A DNA stretch of 64,000 bases from a virus (lineage: Duplodnaviria > Caudoviricetes), in the IMG/VR virus record IMGVR_UViG_3300045609_000068, positions 18,501 through 82,500 of that record, one strand, 5' to 3'. The notes under the pieces are model-generated. The model had not been told where the DNA came from. It searched no databases and saw only the letters and a list, made by a program, of their open reading frames with translations. The position numbers were made by a program, and so were the translations under genes. This document shows positions 1 to 10,114 of the stretch, piece after piece (the stretch's first letter is position 1; each line of letters opens with the position of its first letter).

Positions 1-217
1 GCCATCCTCGGCTGTATACCTTTCTCCAATCACCGCCAAGAGATACCACAACATTCCCTAGCCAAGTATTTTCTACATGATCCGATTCACCATTGGAATT
101 ATCACGGGATATCGTTTTCTTTTTGCCGTCGATATATTCCTGAAATCTGTCGTATAAGTCACGGACTTGCTTTTCATCGCCAGTGACAACGTAATTCACA
201 TCAGCCCAGTTCGGCAT
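1..217 (-). CDS. Partial hypothetical protein, MPNW-start family (DUF1281/YubB-like); runs off the window edge
   Basis: Read manually, not in the ORF track: MPNWADVNYVVTGDEKQVRDLY...WLGNVVVSLGGDWRKVYSRGW. The ATG overlaps the upstream TAA (TAATG). Confidence 0.5.
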   Translation of the reverse strand, partial: MPNWADVNYVVTGDEKQVRDLYDRFQEYIDGKKKTISRDNSNGESDHVENTWLGNVVVSLGGDWRKVYSRGW

Positions 218-357
218 TACGCTGCCCTCCTTTCTGCATAGACGAAACCGCCTTGGTGGAATATCTTTCGACCTTTCCACTCGTTCAACAACTGCTCGTT
301 GTGAGCCTTATAATAGAACTCTGCCACCACATCGTAGTGGCTGCTAATTTTCCCCAT
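217..357 (-). CDS. Small hypothetical protein (46 aa)
   Basis: Manual ORF MGKISSHYDVV...AERRAA, tightly packed between its neighbours. Confidence 0.35.
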   Translation of the reverse strand: MGKISSHYDVVAEFYYKAHNEQLLNEWKGRKIFHQGGFVYAERRAA

Positions 358-359
358 GA

Positions 360-707
360 TTATGCGTATATTGGTTTGAATATCAGGGCTTGCGCTCTCT
401 TAACTCTCTCATCGGATGCTCTCTGCACGGCTTCGGCGTGCTGCTGGGCGATTGACTTTACTCCTTGCGGAACTAATGGCACAAGCTGTGCTGATACACG
501 CTGCGCTATTAACTCAGGCGTATTCGCCATTCTGCGAAGACGGCATTTGAAATTATGCTCTATCTGAGATTTTGTACCTGATGTTGCAACTCTGACGACG
601 TTCTTGCCGTTGATGATAATTCTTGCTCTCATAGCTGTATTTTTTTTGATGATGTGTTTATGCTGCCTTTGACTCTTTTTTCTTGTATGTCTTGGTATTG
701 ACTGCAC
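360..707 (-). CDS. Hypothetical protein (true start probably downstream, e.g. MRARIII)
   Basis: ORF track; co-oriented with neighbours; the annotated 5' end overlaps the previous gene. Confidence 0.45.
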   Translation of the reverse strand: MQSIPRHTRKKSQRQHKHIIKKNTAMRARIIINGKNVVRVATSGTKSQIEHNFKCRLRRMANTPELIAQRVSAQLVPLVPQGVKSIAQQHAEAVQRASDERVKRAQALIFKPIYA

Positions 708-1188
708 TTAGATTAAGTCCCAACTCCTTGCATACTTCATCCAGACGTTTCTTGGAGAAGAACCATCCGATATGTTTGCGCTTTGCATCTTCTTCCACGT
801 ATTTGCTCTCAGGAATCTTGTCGCTCTCTGCAAGGGCGCAATAAGAACCCTTCAAGCCCGTCCTTCCGAGCTGCTTGGCTATAGGTTTCGTGTTTCCCCA
901 TAAGATAAAGCAATTGTCGGAATAGTCCGAGATGTGGAGGTCGTATTCCTCAGCAAGACTCTTCTTTGCGGATGTGGCTTTTGCGACTGCCTTTGGAGCA
1001 ACTGGCGCAACCGCTTTGGCTGGTGCAACTGCTTTCTTTGTCTTCAACGTAACGGTCTTCGTTGATTTTGCCGTTGCGAACGTGCTCACCTTGGAATGGT
1101 AAGCATCCATTAAGCTCGTCAGTGCCTCGTCGTATAAGGCAGCTGCTTCTGAAACGTTTGATACACTACTGAACAACTCTGAAAACAT
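658..1188 (-). CDS. Hypothetical protein with an Ala/Lys/Pro-rich linker and a C-terminal domain (YSDNCFILWGNTK...GWFFSKK)
   Basis: 176-aa ORF with protein-like composition. Confidence 0.7.
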   Translation of the reverse strand: MFSELFSSVSNVSEAAALYDEALTSLMDAYHSKVSTFATAKSTKTVTLKTKKAVAPAKAVAPVAPKAVAKATSAKKSLAEEYDLHISDYSDNCFILWGNTKPIAKQLGRTGLKGSYCALAESDKIPESKYVEEDAKRKHIGWFFSKKRLDEVCKELGLNLSAVNTKTYKKKESKAA

Positions 1189-1299
1189 AATATTGGCTAT
1201 GCGGAGAGACGCCGCACAAGCTGCCGGAAAATGTTTTAATTAAGTTTTGGCTCTGTAATAATCGCGCCACATCCGAGCCGTGACGGTGTGCGATATGGT

Positions 1300-1707
1300 T
1301 CATTTGAATTTCTTGTATTGCTCCCTTACGAACCGCCCGATTGTGAAGGCGCATCTGCTTTCAATCGGGTAAAGGTGATACCACGGCTGTCTGTAAGCAC
1401 GTGACACTCTGCTTTGCTCATCATCCGAAAGCAAGTTCCATGACACGGCATCCATGTAGTGGAGCTGCTCAATGTTTGCAACTCCGTTCTCTGAAACGTG
1501 CCGCAACAATCGGGACAATAACCTAAGTTTTGTGGCGTTTCCCAGTCTGTCGGGCTTTCCGTTCATGATGTCCGTGACGGTCTTGTCCGCCAATTCCTTG
1601 TAAAACTCCGCCATTTCCCTGAACGGAATTTCATTGTTCGCATCAATGTGCTCCTGCACATTGTGGCTTGTTGAATATATCAGCATTTTTATTCGTACCT
1701 TGACCAA
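1300..1707 (-). CDS. Hypothetical protein
   Basis: 135-aa ORF in the minus-strand cluster. Confidence 0.6.
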   Translation of the reverse strand: MVKVRIKMLIYSTSHNVQEHIDANNEIPFREMAEFYKELADKTVTDIMNGKPDRLGNATKLRLLSRLLRHVSENGVANIEQLHYMDAVSWNLLSDDEQSRVSRAYRQPWYHLYPIESRCAFTIGRFVREQYKKFK

Positions 1708-2021
1708 CCAGGCATAGGCTTTAACGATTAATATATCGTGAGCACGTTATGCGCTCCGTTTTCAAAAGTTGATTTGTCCGCCTCGCTGTAACCGAAGACG
1801 GATGCAATCTCATTGAATTTCTCACGGGCGATTTTCACCAGCCCGTCTGCTATCTCCGCGTTAAGAAACAGCGCGAGAGAAAGCATTCTAAAATCCTTCT
1901 CCATAGCTCATCCTCCGTATCACCCAGTCGGGTCTCTGGGCGATAAATCTATACCCTTGCGCCTCGCTGTAGGTCTTGAACGACCGTACAACATGTCCAA
2001 AGGCGTCTAGGACTATGTATT

Positions 2022-2453
2022 TCATTTTGCAGGCTTTGCGATGTACATTTTGTATTGGTCAAATGCTGCAAGGTAGTCCTGATACTCGTCTGTCTCTCCG
2101 ATTGTATCATCGAAATTATCGGTGTCTTCGAGAGTTGAAATTGCAGCAATTTTGGTTGACAGATCAGCGTGACCGCTCTGAATTTCACGGGCAATTCTAT
2201 CTGGAAGCACTTCGTACATGCCACCCATATCTTGGCACTCCCATAACACTCTGTCAGCGGCATTATCAAGCGATACCGACGCTTCGTGGAACTGCATTTG
2301 GCTCCACTCTGTAGCACGTTCTTCGCGCTGGGCGTCACTGTCAATGGCATAGATTGCCGTTACACTTGCAACTGAAATTGCTAACACTGTGAATAACTCT
2401 GTCATAATATTCTTCATTTTGTCCAGCGGCTCCCACACGTGAGCGAGCCACAA
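2022..2453 (-). CDS. Hypothetical protein with an N-terminal hydrophobic segment
   Basis: LFTVLAISVASVTAIYAI followed by an acidic domain. Confidence 0.6.
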   Translation of the reverse strand: MWLAHVWEPLDKMKNIMTELFTVLAISVASVTAIYAIDSDAQREERATEWSQMQFHEASVSLDNAADRVLWECQDMGGMYEVLPDRIAREIQSGHADLSTKIAAISTLEDTDNFDDTIGETDEYQDYLAAFDQYKMYIAKPAK

Positions 2454-2786
2454 CCTGCGCTATATTGGTTAAATTGTTGTCTGTTACGCCCACTTTGCGC
2501 AATTTGTTCCCTCGAAGTGGTCAAACCTTACATGGCTGGAAACACGTTTCCGTGTCCGTTTTCCCATGCAAGTATTAAAGATAAAACGCTCTGTTTCACG
2601 CCTTTCTCTGGGCGTGAACAATTCAGATGTGCTGCACTCGCAATGATACGAGTGAGATGTCTTTGCCGAGTTGAAACGGCTACCTAATAATCCCTTCATA
2701 ATTTCGTGTTTTTACAACCGCCCCACCGAAGTGGAGCACGCACCGAGCCTGATGTCTGTTTATACTCGCCCGGTCGAGTGTATGTC

Positions 2787-3509
2787 TTATGCAATCTTTG
2801 CAGCAGCCTTTGCAGATGCTTTCTTTGCTAAAGGTGATTTAGCAATAGAGTTTTCACCAACAGTGGCAAATCTCCAAGCACCGTTTTCACGTATCACCTT
2901 TGCCCATGTTGCGGTCTCTGATTTTGGAGTTGTGTTTACCCATGCAACTGCAAGCTCTGAAACAGCCTTTGCGCTTTCGTCAACTTGCTTGAGCGTTGAT
3001 GTCACGTACACGCTTTGTGCCAAGCCCGTGAATAACGTTTTAGCACTCCAGGCGACGTCTGTCTTCGCTTTCTTGTCAACTGCATTGACAATCGGACATA
3101 ATACAAACTGAGCCACAGCTTTGTGAAGACCGTCTTTGTCAGTCGTAAACAAACGGTAATCTTTGTCGTGCAACTTTGCAGTTACGGGAACGTTCTTCGC
3201 AATCTGAAGAACGCCTTCCTTTGTGAGACGTGCCGACCACGCCGTAATAACATCTTTCGCAACTATCTGATTGCGTCTGATATGCACGCCCAGAGTGACA
3301 AAAGCGTCTAATATCGACATATCGCACACCTTGCCTCTCATGCCTGATATCTGCTTACATACCTGAGTCAAAGACTCGGACTTAACGGTTAATTCACGTG
3401 CAATACTAAAAATCTGTTTTTCAGTTAAATTTGTCATAATTCGTGCCCGTAATGCCGATAGCGCAGCTTTAGTTATTAATTTAAAATTCGTGACTGCAAA
3501 CGAAATCAA
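2787..3509 (-). CDS. Hypothetical basic protein
   Basis: 240-aa ORF; first gene of the leftward cluster. Confidence 0.7.
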   Translation of the reverse strand: MISFAVTNFKLITKAALSALRARIMTNLTEKQIFSIARELTVKSESLTQVCKQISGMRGKVCDMSILDAFVTLGVHIRRNQIVAKDVITAWSARLTKEGVLQIAKNVPVTAKLHDKDYRLFTTDKDGLHKAVAQFVLCPIVNAVDKKAKTDVAWSAKTLFTGLAQSVYVTSTLKQVDESAKAVSELAVAWVNTTPKSETATWAKVIRENGAWRFATVGENSIAKSPLAKKASAKAAAKIA

Positions 3510-4064
3510 TCATTTGCAGCCTATATGGACAGACGCTTGCCGACGCCACCCGGCAACCCACGTGCATTCGCGTATTTCACACGTCTGTTTAATTCAATTC
3601 AAATTCATTGCTTTTTGTATCGTGCATAGTTCGACTTCCCACATCACGGTCGCCCGCTATATGTTATAATTCAGCCTACTGCACGAGTCCCTCTTTTTGC
3701 CCCTGTACCCACATTTATCCGCATATAGTTGCCCATAGGCGAAATACCACTTATCGCTTTAAGTGGCACGTGTATCATGTTATATCCCCAACCCTGTTAA
3801 ACTCTACCAACACGTGATAACTTATATTAGTTATGATAAGTTGGATAACATCTGCAAACGGTTTTGTGCCCAAATCCCCACCTTTGCACGCAAAATTTCG
3901 TACAGACCGCAAAAGGGCGTGACTGTGATACGAATATCAAAAGCGATAATTTGCAGTGCAATATCAGCATGGAGTTCAAACACGTATGTAAATAAATCAA
4001 AGATTACCAAACGAACGGCGAAACACTCTTGTTTCTTTAAATTTTCTGCTACAAGTATATCCTA

Positions 4065-5000
4065 GAAAAACAAACTATGTTCGGCTATTTTGAGATTTTT
4101 TTTATTTTTATTTTTGCGTATAATTTAGTATATAATGTACGCGTATATGTATAAAGATAAATGATTGATAATCAATTAGTTACAAAATATGATTTTTCTT
4201 GAAAAAAGTTTGATTTTTATCGAAAATTTCTTGAAAATCGTATAAAAATACTTGAAAGTTATATTTTAGGAATATTTAACGCATAAAATGGAGACAAAGT
4301 GCATAAATGTAAAGAAATTCTTTACACTTTTTGACCTTCAGTTTAAAAGAATATTGATGAATAATAGGTTATGCGCGCACGCACGAATAAGGGGAAAATT
4401 GCTAAATGTATAATTATGGTAAATAAATGTTAACAAATTGACTTATTCTACTTTTGTACAAAGTAAAACAAAGAAAGCGGTAAAAATAGGCTAAAACATT
4501 GATAATCAGGCAAAAAATAAAAAAAGATGGGAGGGTACACGTCGATGGCTGGATTCCCTACACAAAATTTTTCCCGATTTTGGATTTCATTTTTTGGAAT
4601 ATTTCCTATAATTCCTCTTTTTTATCGGCTGTGACACACCGTTTTCAGGACTGTTTACCTCTATATCAGGACTGTTTTTTCGAAAACATCCATGTATTGT
4701 ATTCCTCAGTTGATGGTTTTGTATGTCGTTTCCACAGAAAAAACGTGCCATTTGCTTTGCCTCTGATGCGTTTTATTTCAAAAAACGTGTTTCTGTACGT
4801 CCGCAACATTTAAACGCCTTACAAGCGAACTTTCGGAGCATTCGTTTTGCATAAAAATTCGGATATTCGGATTCTTCCGTATATGGAATGCTGGATATGT
4901 CCCCATATATGTCCATGTAAAATGCGTAAAAAATGCACATATAAATAACCATACGAAAGGAAAACACCTAACTCACTGATAATCAGTGGGGGTCGTTATC
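4065..5000. other. Long AT-rich non-coding region; candidate origin or control region
   Basis: No credible ORF; very AT-rich over about 4065-4500; lies between divergent gene blocks, next to a RepL-like gene. Confidence 0.4.
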
Positions 5001-5004
5001 TTAT

Positions 5005-5664
5005 ATGATAACGGCGTTATCATATAGGATAATAGGATTATCTTATATGATAATTTGTCGGTGCTTTCCGCCTCTTTTTCGGACTATATATATGAGAGGA
5101 AAATATGGAAGAGGTTTTATGGGTGGAAGATTAATCAAGGTCAAGTCCAAGGTGACGGAGAGGAAGACGATGGACCGTGAAAGCGGGTCTCTGCGCGTCG
5201 ATCGCGAGCAGACCATAGAGACGCCAGTCATGGAGGGCTACGTTGACATGAAGCTGCCCGAGAAGTCGTTCTTCAACAACGGGCGTTTCATCACCGTGTT
5301 CGGGGAGGCATTGCAGCGCATTGCGGTGTACGGCGGCCTGAAGGGGGAGGAGTGCCGCCTTCTGCTGTACCTTATCGGGGCTTGCCAGCACGACAATGCG
5401 GTGGGACTTGACCTGAATGTGCTTTCGGAGCTTTTCGGGGTCAGGAAGCCTAACATATCAAGGGCCTTGGGCGGACTCATCCGAAGGAACATCGTCGTGA
5501 AGAGGAACTATTCCAGGCACAAGGGGGAGAGCCTGCCGTTCAACGTGTCGATAAACTACGACCAGATGAACTACAACCTTGCCTACAACGGCAGGATAAA
5601 GGAATACGGGTATAAGAAGTTGCAGCACCCTAAGATAATGCTGGAGGGTACAGAAAAGAAATAA
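5005..5664 (+). CDS. RepL-like / winged-HTH DNA-binding protein (true start probably 5092 or 5119)
   Basis: ECRLLLYLIG...LNVLSELFGVRKPNISRALGGLIRRNIV is an HTH pattern; ACTATATA motif at 5083. Confidence 0.6.
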   Translation: MITALSYRIIGLSYMIICRCFPPLFRTIYMRGKYGRGFMGGRLIKVKSKVTERKTMDRESGSLRVDREQTIETPVMEGYVDMKLPEKSFFNNGRFITVFGEALQRIAVYGGLKGEECRLLLYLIGACQHDNAVGLDLNVLSELFGVRKPNISRALGGLIRRNIVVKRNYSRHKGESLPFNVSINYDQMNYNLAYNGRIKEYGYKKLQHPKIMLEGTEKK

Positions 5665-5964
5665 GGCGTCTGCATCGCTGCGGTCGCCTTATGTCCGAAA
5701 AATGTTTTAAAATTTCAAAAATAAAAAATCTGTGTGCTTAATTTAAAAATCCATCAGTGAAAAATCAAATATCAGTGTATGAAGTTATTCGTTGTCCAGT
5801 TTCTAAATCGGCAGCGGACGTCGTTTCTAGCGCCGCCACCGATCTGCCAGTGTCACCTGCCTTTGCCCGGTTGAGTAAGTGCCGTGAACCGCAATATCCT
5901 TGCACGTTACGCGCGCTTTTATTATATATAGTCCCTTTACGCATGAAAGGTGACTGAAAAAATG

Positions 5965-6615
5965 TTAATGAGTGTATTTCATCATGTAAGACGGCTTCAT
6001 GTGGTTCTTCTCCGTGATGTCCAGATAGGCCTTGTAAGCAAGCCCGTCCACGAACTCGTTCCACTTGCTGCCGTTGTGCCCCTTGACCCACGAGAACCTG
6101 ACATATCCGAGCTTCGATGCGACTTCGTGGTATTCCCTTATGAGGTCCATGTTCTTCGCGTCGGGCTTTATCTTCGAAGACGGCTTCGTGAACATGAGGA
6201 TGCAATACTGGCTGTCCGTGTTGACCACGACGTTCTCGCCTTCGGGTATGACGGACAGCGCCCTGATGATCGCCAGCATCTCCATCTTGTTGTTCGTCGT
6301 TTTGAGGAACCCCTTCGACTCCTTGTACACCATCTCGCCGTCCATGAGCACCACGAAACCGTAGCCTCCCTGCTTTCCGCCAACGTTGTCGCAGCTTCCG
6401 TCGGTCCATACCTCGTATCTGGAGGACGGGGCCTCGAATGGTTTTTCGGGGAACAGGTTTTCCTGCCTGTTTTCGGACTCTATCTCCCTTTTTCTGATTG
6501 AAACAAGCTCGTTGCAGAGCGAAACGGCCCTCTCTCCGTTCTTTGAAGGCTTGGAAACAAGAAAATGGCGGCGAATTTTTTCGATATTCTGAATCGTTAA
6601 ATCGGTTTTCCCCAT
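5965..6615 (-). CDS. rnhA: Ribonuclease HI
   Basis: WTDGSC, TTNNKMEMLAII, NTDSQY and WVKGHNGSKWNEFVDGLA supply the RNase HI catalytic D/E/D/H/D motifs. Confidence 0.93.
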   Translation of the reverse strand: MGKTDLTIQNIEKIRRHFLVSKPSKNGERAVSLCNELVSIRKREIESENRQENLFPEKPFEAPSSRYEVWTDGSCDNVGGKQGGYGFVVLMDGEMVYKESKGFLKTTNNKMEMLAIIRALSVIPEGENVVVNTDSQYCILMFTKPSSKIKPDAKNMDLIREYHEVASKLGYVRFSWVKGHNGSKWNEFVDGLAYKAYLDITEKNHMKPSYMMKYTH

Positions 6616-7203
6616 AGATTTTGCATTTTTTACGTTGAAATTTTAAAAAAAATCGAGTTTTTTCTATATAATATATATAGTAATATACTATAGGAGAGTT
6701 ATAAACAGCTAATCAGAGAAGGGTTCTGAGTTGAGCAAACCATCCCCTTACCCGTGAAACGCTTGTTATGTGTTCACGTAATATGGGGATGTTTCGAGCC
6801 GCACGTCGAATGGGACATTCATCTCGCCTTACACCTGCAAAATAGGCTTTGGGATATGGATTTTGGAAAATTTGCTTCCGCACACGCATTCCACTCGCAA
6901 CCTGCGTCTCCCTTTCGTGCATCCCTCCATGGGTTTTCACCACGGAACCTTTGAGGAGTTATTATAGACACCATGAGCCAAACGTATATTCACCGATAAC
7001 TCTCATCATGTCTGTCGCCTTCCTCGCGTTTCGGTGCTGTCACAAGTCTCCTCTGCGCAAATCGGGTTAGGAATCTGACTTCCTATAGGTATATAGTGTC
7101 GGAGTCCGCCGAAAGTGACGGCGTTAACCTTTTTTGTGTTTTGAGGGGGGAACGGAAACTGAAATGCAAAAAGCATAAATAACGTTAACAATCAGAACGT
7201 TAC

Positions 7204-7665
7204 GTGCAAATAACAACTATATTTACACGGATAAAGAAAATAAAAAAAATCAGTATGAGATTGAGAATTTTGATTTTGGCTATGATGTTTTCCGTACCTT
7301 TTGCCATTTTCGCGCAAAGGGTTTCGCTTCCCGACGGTACGGCCGTTTGCAGGGTGAGCGCTTCGGGAACCGTTTCGGACGGAAATGGTGCAACGTGCTG
7401 CAAATTCGCCCGAAACGGTGTGATTTTCGACTCCTGCGGCGATGTAGCTGGCAGGGTGTCAGGTAACGAGGTGAGGGACGGGAACGGCTGCGTAGCCATT
7501 TATTTCAAGGGCGGATGCGTGTTCGACCGTTTCCATGTAAAGATAGGCACGGTTTCGGGCGGAAGGGTGTACGATTCCACAGGACGCCTTATCGGAAGGT
7601 ATTCCAACGTCCGTCCCGTCTATGTCGCCGTAATATTCTTCGCAAGGATATTGGATGTCATTTGA
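7204..7665 (+). CDS. Exported protein with beta-flower-like G-x-V-x-D-x-x-G repeats
   Basis: Signal-peptide-like N-terminus; repeats such as GTVSDGNG, GNEVRDGNG and GGRVYDSTGRLIG. Confidence 0.55.
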   Translation: MQITTIFTRIKKIKKISMRLRILILAMMFSVPFAIFAQRVSLPDGTAVCRVSASGTVSDGNGATCCKFARNGVIFDSCGDVAGRVSGNEVRDGNGCVAIYFKGGCVFDRFHVKIGTVSGGRVYDSTGRLIGRYSNVRPVYVAVIFFARILDVI

Positions 7666-7948
7666 CGGCCTTGATTCCGTCCACTGGCTTCCATCCTTTT
7701 TCCTTGAGCAGCTTCTGGAACTTCTCTATGAGATCCACCATGACCGAGTCCGAGACCCGTCCGAGGTGGTAGTATATGCAACCGTCTATGTAGCGGCAGT
7801 CCTTCACGGTCTTTTCCGCTATCCTCATTTCAAGTTTCCCGTTTTCGCCCCTGACCGGCTGCGCCTTGAAGTCGGACAGGCTTGCATCCAGCGCGACTAT
7901 CTTCAGGCCGTCGAATGTCTGGTATTCGAAGTTGATTTTTCTTCCCAT
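7658..7948 (-). CDS. Hypothetical protein
   Basis: 96-aa ORF in an operon-like run. Confidence 0.65.
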   Translation of the reverse strand: MGRKINFEYQTFDGLKIVALDASLSDFKAQPVRGENGKLEMRIAEKTVKDCRYIDGCIYYHLGRVSDSVMVDLIEKFQKLLKEKGWKPVDGIKAVK

Positions 7949-7955
7949 ATCGTAT

Positions 7956-8501
7956 CTATTTGTAAGTTTCGTCTTCTATAGGATCGCCTGTCACCCTGAA
8001 ATTTGCGTTAACGGCGGCCACTGTTTCCTTCGGTATGTCGGGGATGAAGGTGTCGTAGGACATCTTTCTGAGGGCGATCAGCGCGCCAGCCTTCCATTTT
8101 GCCGACATATCGCTGAGAATCTGCATGATTTTGTAGTTGATGTTACGTACCAATACGCCCCTTTTCTTCCGCTCGGTTATCACGCCCATCCTCCCAAGCC
8201 TGTTGCACACATTGTATACTGTGCCTCTTGAAGAGTCTAGTATTACGGCTATCTCTCCGGTGTCAAGGTAACATGCCGTATGCTCCTTTTCCATCCTCAT
8301 TATCAGATAGAACAGCTTCAGCTCTATCGAGTTCAGATATTCCATCGCGGCGACCGGCATGGGCAGTACTGCCCCCTTCATCTTCACCTCGTTCTCGACG
8401 ACCGGCACGTATTTGTATTTCAGTTTGGGGACGACTATCTCGTCCGACTGGTCGCTGACGGGGAGGTTCGTTTTCAGATTGTCTTCGGTGTTTTTTTTCA
8501 T
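7956..8501 (-). CDS. Winged-HTH domain protein
   Basis: ELKLFYLIMR...LDTGEIAVILDSSRGTVYNVCNRLGRMGVI. Confidence 0.6.
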   Translation of the reverse strand: MKKNTEDNLKTNLPVSDQSDEIVVPKLKYKYVPVVENEVKMKGAVLPMPVAAMEYLNSIELKLFYLIMRMEKEHTACYLDTGEIAVILDSSRGTVYNVCNRLGRMGVITERKKRGVLVRNINYKIMQILSDMSAKWKAGALIALRKMSYDTFIPDIPKETVAAVNANFRVTGDPIEDETYK

Positions 8502-8881
8502 AATCCGTATATCTCAATTTGAATTATCTTCGATATGTCGCTGCAAACCTGCAATAGCCTTTTCCGCGCCCTGTATATTATCTGCCTTTCGTTGTCGGGG
8601 ACGTGCCCGTCCTGCGTGAAGGCTTTCAGGTACGCCTCGAACTGCCTTGAATCGTGCGATATGAGTTCCAGCTTCTCAGGGACGCTTTCGTTCGGCATCG
8701 CTATCTTGGTGAACTTTTCGAACGGGAACCATGACAGGCTCCCCTCGTCGTCCTTGACCAGGAATCCGTCCTCGCCCTTAGTGAACAGGTCCAGCTTTTT
8801 CCCTATTTCCTTTTCCGCGTCCCCTGACGGCATCCTCTCCGCCATGACCATTCTTGTGACTCTGTATTTCTTCTTTTTCAT
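8498..8881 (-). CDS. Hypothetical protein
   Basis: 127-aa ORF; its stop overlaps the start of the next gene. Confidence 0.65.
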   Translation of the reverse strand: MKKKKYRVTRMVMAERMPSGDAEKEIGKKLDLFTKGEDGFLVKDDEGSLSWFPFEKFTKIAMPNESVPEKLELISHDSRQFEAYLKAFTQDGHVPDNERQIIYRARKRLLQVCSDISKIIQIEIYGL

Positions 8882-9488
8882 AATCTGTATAGTTTAATAT
8901 TCTGTTCATGTCCCAATATCCCTTTATCTCGGTCACTATATTCAGGAAGGAAGGGCAGCCGCTAGTGCCCGCTACCCAGTCCGACGGGACCCTGTTGAAG
9001 GGTTCGTTCCCTATTTCCTGACGTATGTCGTACATGTAGCACCTATATCTGTCGTAGCATACACGGTTGCGGCATATTATCTTCCCGACCTTCAGCAGCT
9101 GATACGCCCTCGGTGTGATGAGCCATGCGTCCTGCGGGAAATCGAGCACGAATTTTTCAGGTATCTTTCCGACTAGCCATACGTCGTAGCTTATCTCGAC
9201 CCTTTCGTCCGAATAAAGGAGACGCCATTTTTTCCCGTCCCCTCCCAGATATGTTCCGGGCTGCTTCTTTTCGGCAATCCTGCTCGGGTATATGTCGTAA
9301 TAGCTGCCGCCTATCACATGCCCGTACTTGTGAGGGTTGTCTTTCAGCCACATGAAAAACGCGCATCCGTGGCACAGGCCGAATTTTTCCATATATTCGT
9401 CAACCGTGGAAAGGTCGGAATACGACGGGAAATTCCAGAACTCCCTGCCGCATACCGAACATTTTACCTTTTCCACGACTTGTTCCAT
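8778..9488 (-). CDS. Cys-rich hypothetical protein (CxxC pairs)
   Basis: CSVC and CHGC motifs; the 3' end overlaps the next gene by about 100 nt. Confidence 0.65.
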   Translation of the reverse strand: MEQVVEKVKCSVCGREFWNFPSYSDLSTVDEYMEKFGLCHGCAFFMWLKDNPHKYGHVIGGSYYDIYPSRIAEKKQPGTYLGGDGKKWRLLYSDERVEISYDVWLVGKIPEKFVLDFPQDAWLITPRAYQLLKVGKIICRNRVCYDRYRCYMYDIRQEIGNEPFNRVPSDWVAGTSGCPSFLNIVTEIKGYWDMNRILNYTDYEKEEIQSHKNGHGGEDAVRGRGKGNREKAGPVH

Positions 9489-10079
9489 CTATATAACTAT
9501 CGAATTAAACAGGTTTCCGATTTCATTGTCACGAATCCCTATGTACCGTATCGTAGTCCTTATCGACGTGTGCTTGAACACCTGGTTCAGAAGTATCAGG
9601 GCCTCCTCCTTGCGCCCCATAGACTCGTATACGTATCTTCCGAACGTCTTACGGAACGTATGGCTGGAGAAGTTCCCGATGCTGAGGCTGTATTTTTCCT
9701 TGAACGTCTTCAGGACACGGTTCACGTATTCGCGCGACACCGGGAACCCGTTGGATTTCTTCGTCGAGAATATGTAAGTCCGTCTGTTCGGCCTCCCAAG
9801 CTTCTCGTATGCCGCCTTGACATGCTTTTTCACGCTGTCCCCGATCTCTATGCGCCTTACCTTCTTGGTCTTCTTCTCCTCGACCGTGGCCGAGTCCACT
9901 TCAAGGACGTCGTCCCATACGAGATTCAGCACATCGCTTATCCGAAGGGCCAGCCCGAAAGAAAGCACGCAGTAGAGCGACCATTTGTACTCGCCGTCTA
10001 CCCAGAGGCAGTTGACGAGCCTTCTGTACTCCTCGAAAGAGAGATAATCACTTGTCGTTATCGAACCTTTTGCACTCAT
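9489..10079 (-). CDS. Tyrosine recombinase, catalytic domain only
   Basis: LRISDVLNL, SSHTFRKTFG and HTSIRTTIRYIG give R/H-x-x-R/H/Y. Start moved to the ATG at 10079 because a TATATTTG promoter overlaps the track start. Confidence 0.88.
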   Translation of the reverse strand: MSAKGSITTSDYLSFEEYRRLVNCLWVDGEYKWSLYCVLSFGLALRISDVLNLVWDDVLEVDSATVEEKKTKKVRRIEIGDSVKKHVKAAYEKLGRPNRRTYIFSTKKSNGFPVSREYVNRVLKTFKEKYSLSIGNFSSHTFRKTFGRYVYESMGRKEEALILLNQVFKHTSIRTTIRYIGIRDNEIGNLFNSIVI

Positions 10080-10106
10080 AATGATTTTTGTTATTGATTT
10101 CTTGTG

Positions 10107-10114
10107 CAAATATA
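10107..10114 (-). promoter_or_regulatory. Bacteroidota sigma-A -7 element (TAnnTTTG) upstream of the recombinase
   Basis: TATATTTG on the minus strand, about 28 nt before the ATG. Confidence 0.5.

Noticed and set aside
5765-6501. Long ORFs 5765-6409 (-) and 5950-6501 (+)
   Set aside because: Alternative-frame or antisense shadows of rnhA; no motifs. The same applies to 9318-10097, 11437-11994, 12603-13226, 28867-29664, 42546-43214 and 62688-63506.
8936-8943. Near-matches to ACTATATA inside coding regions (8936, about 26235)
   Set aside because: Imperfect, intragenic and not upstream of starts; treated as background.
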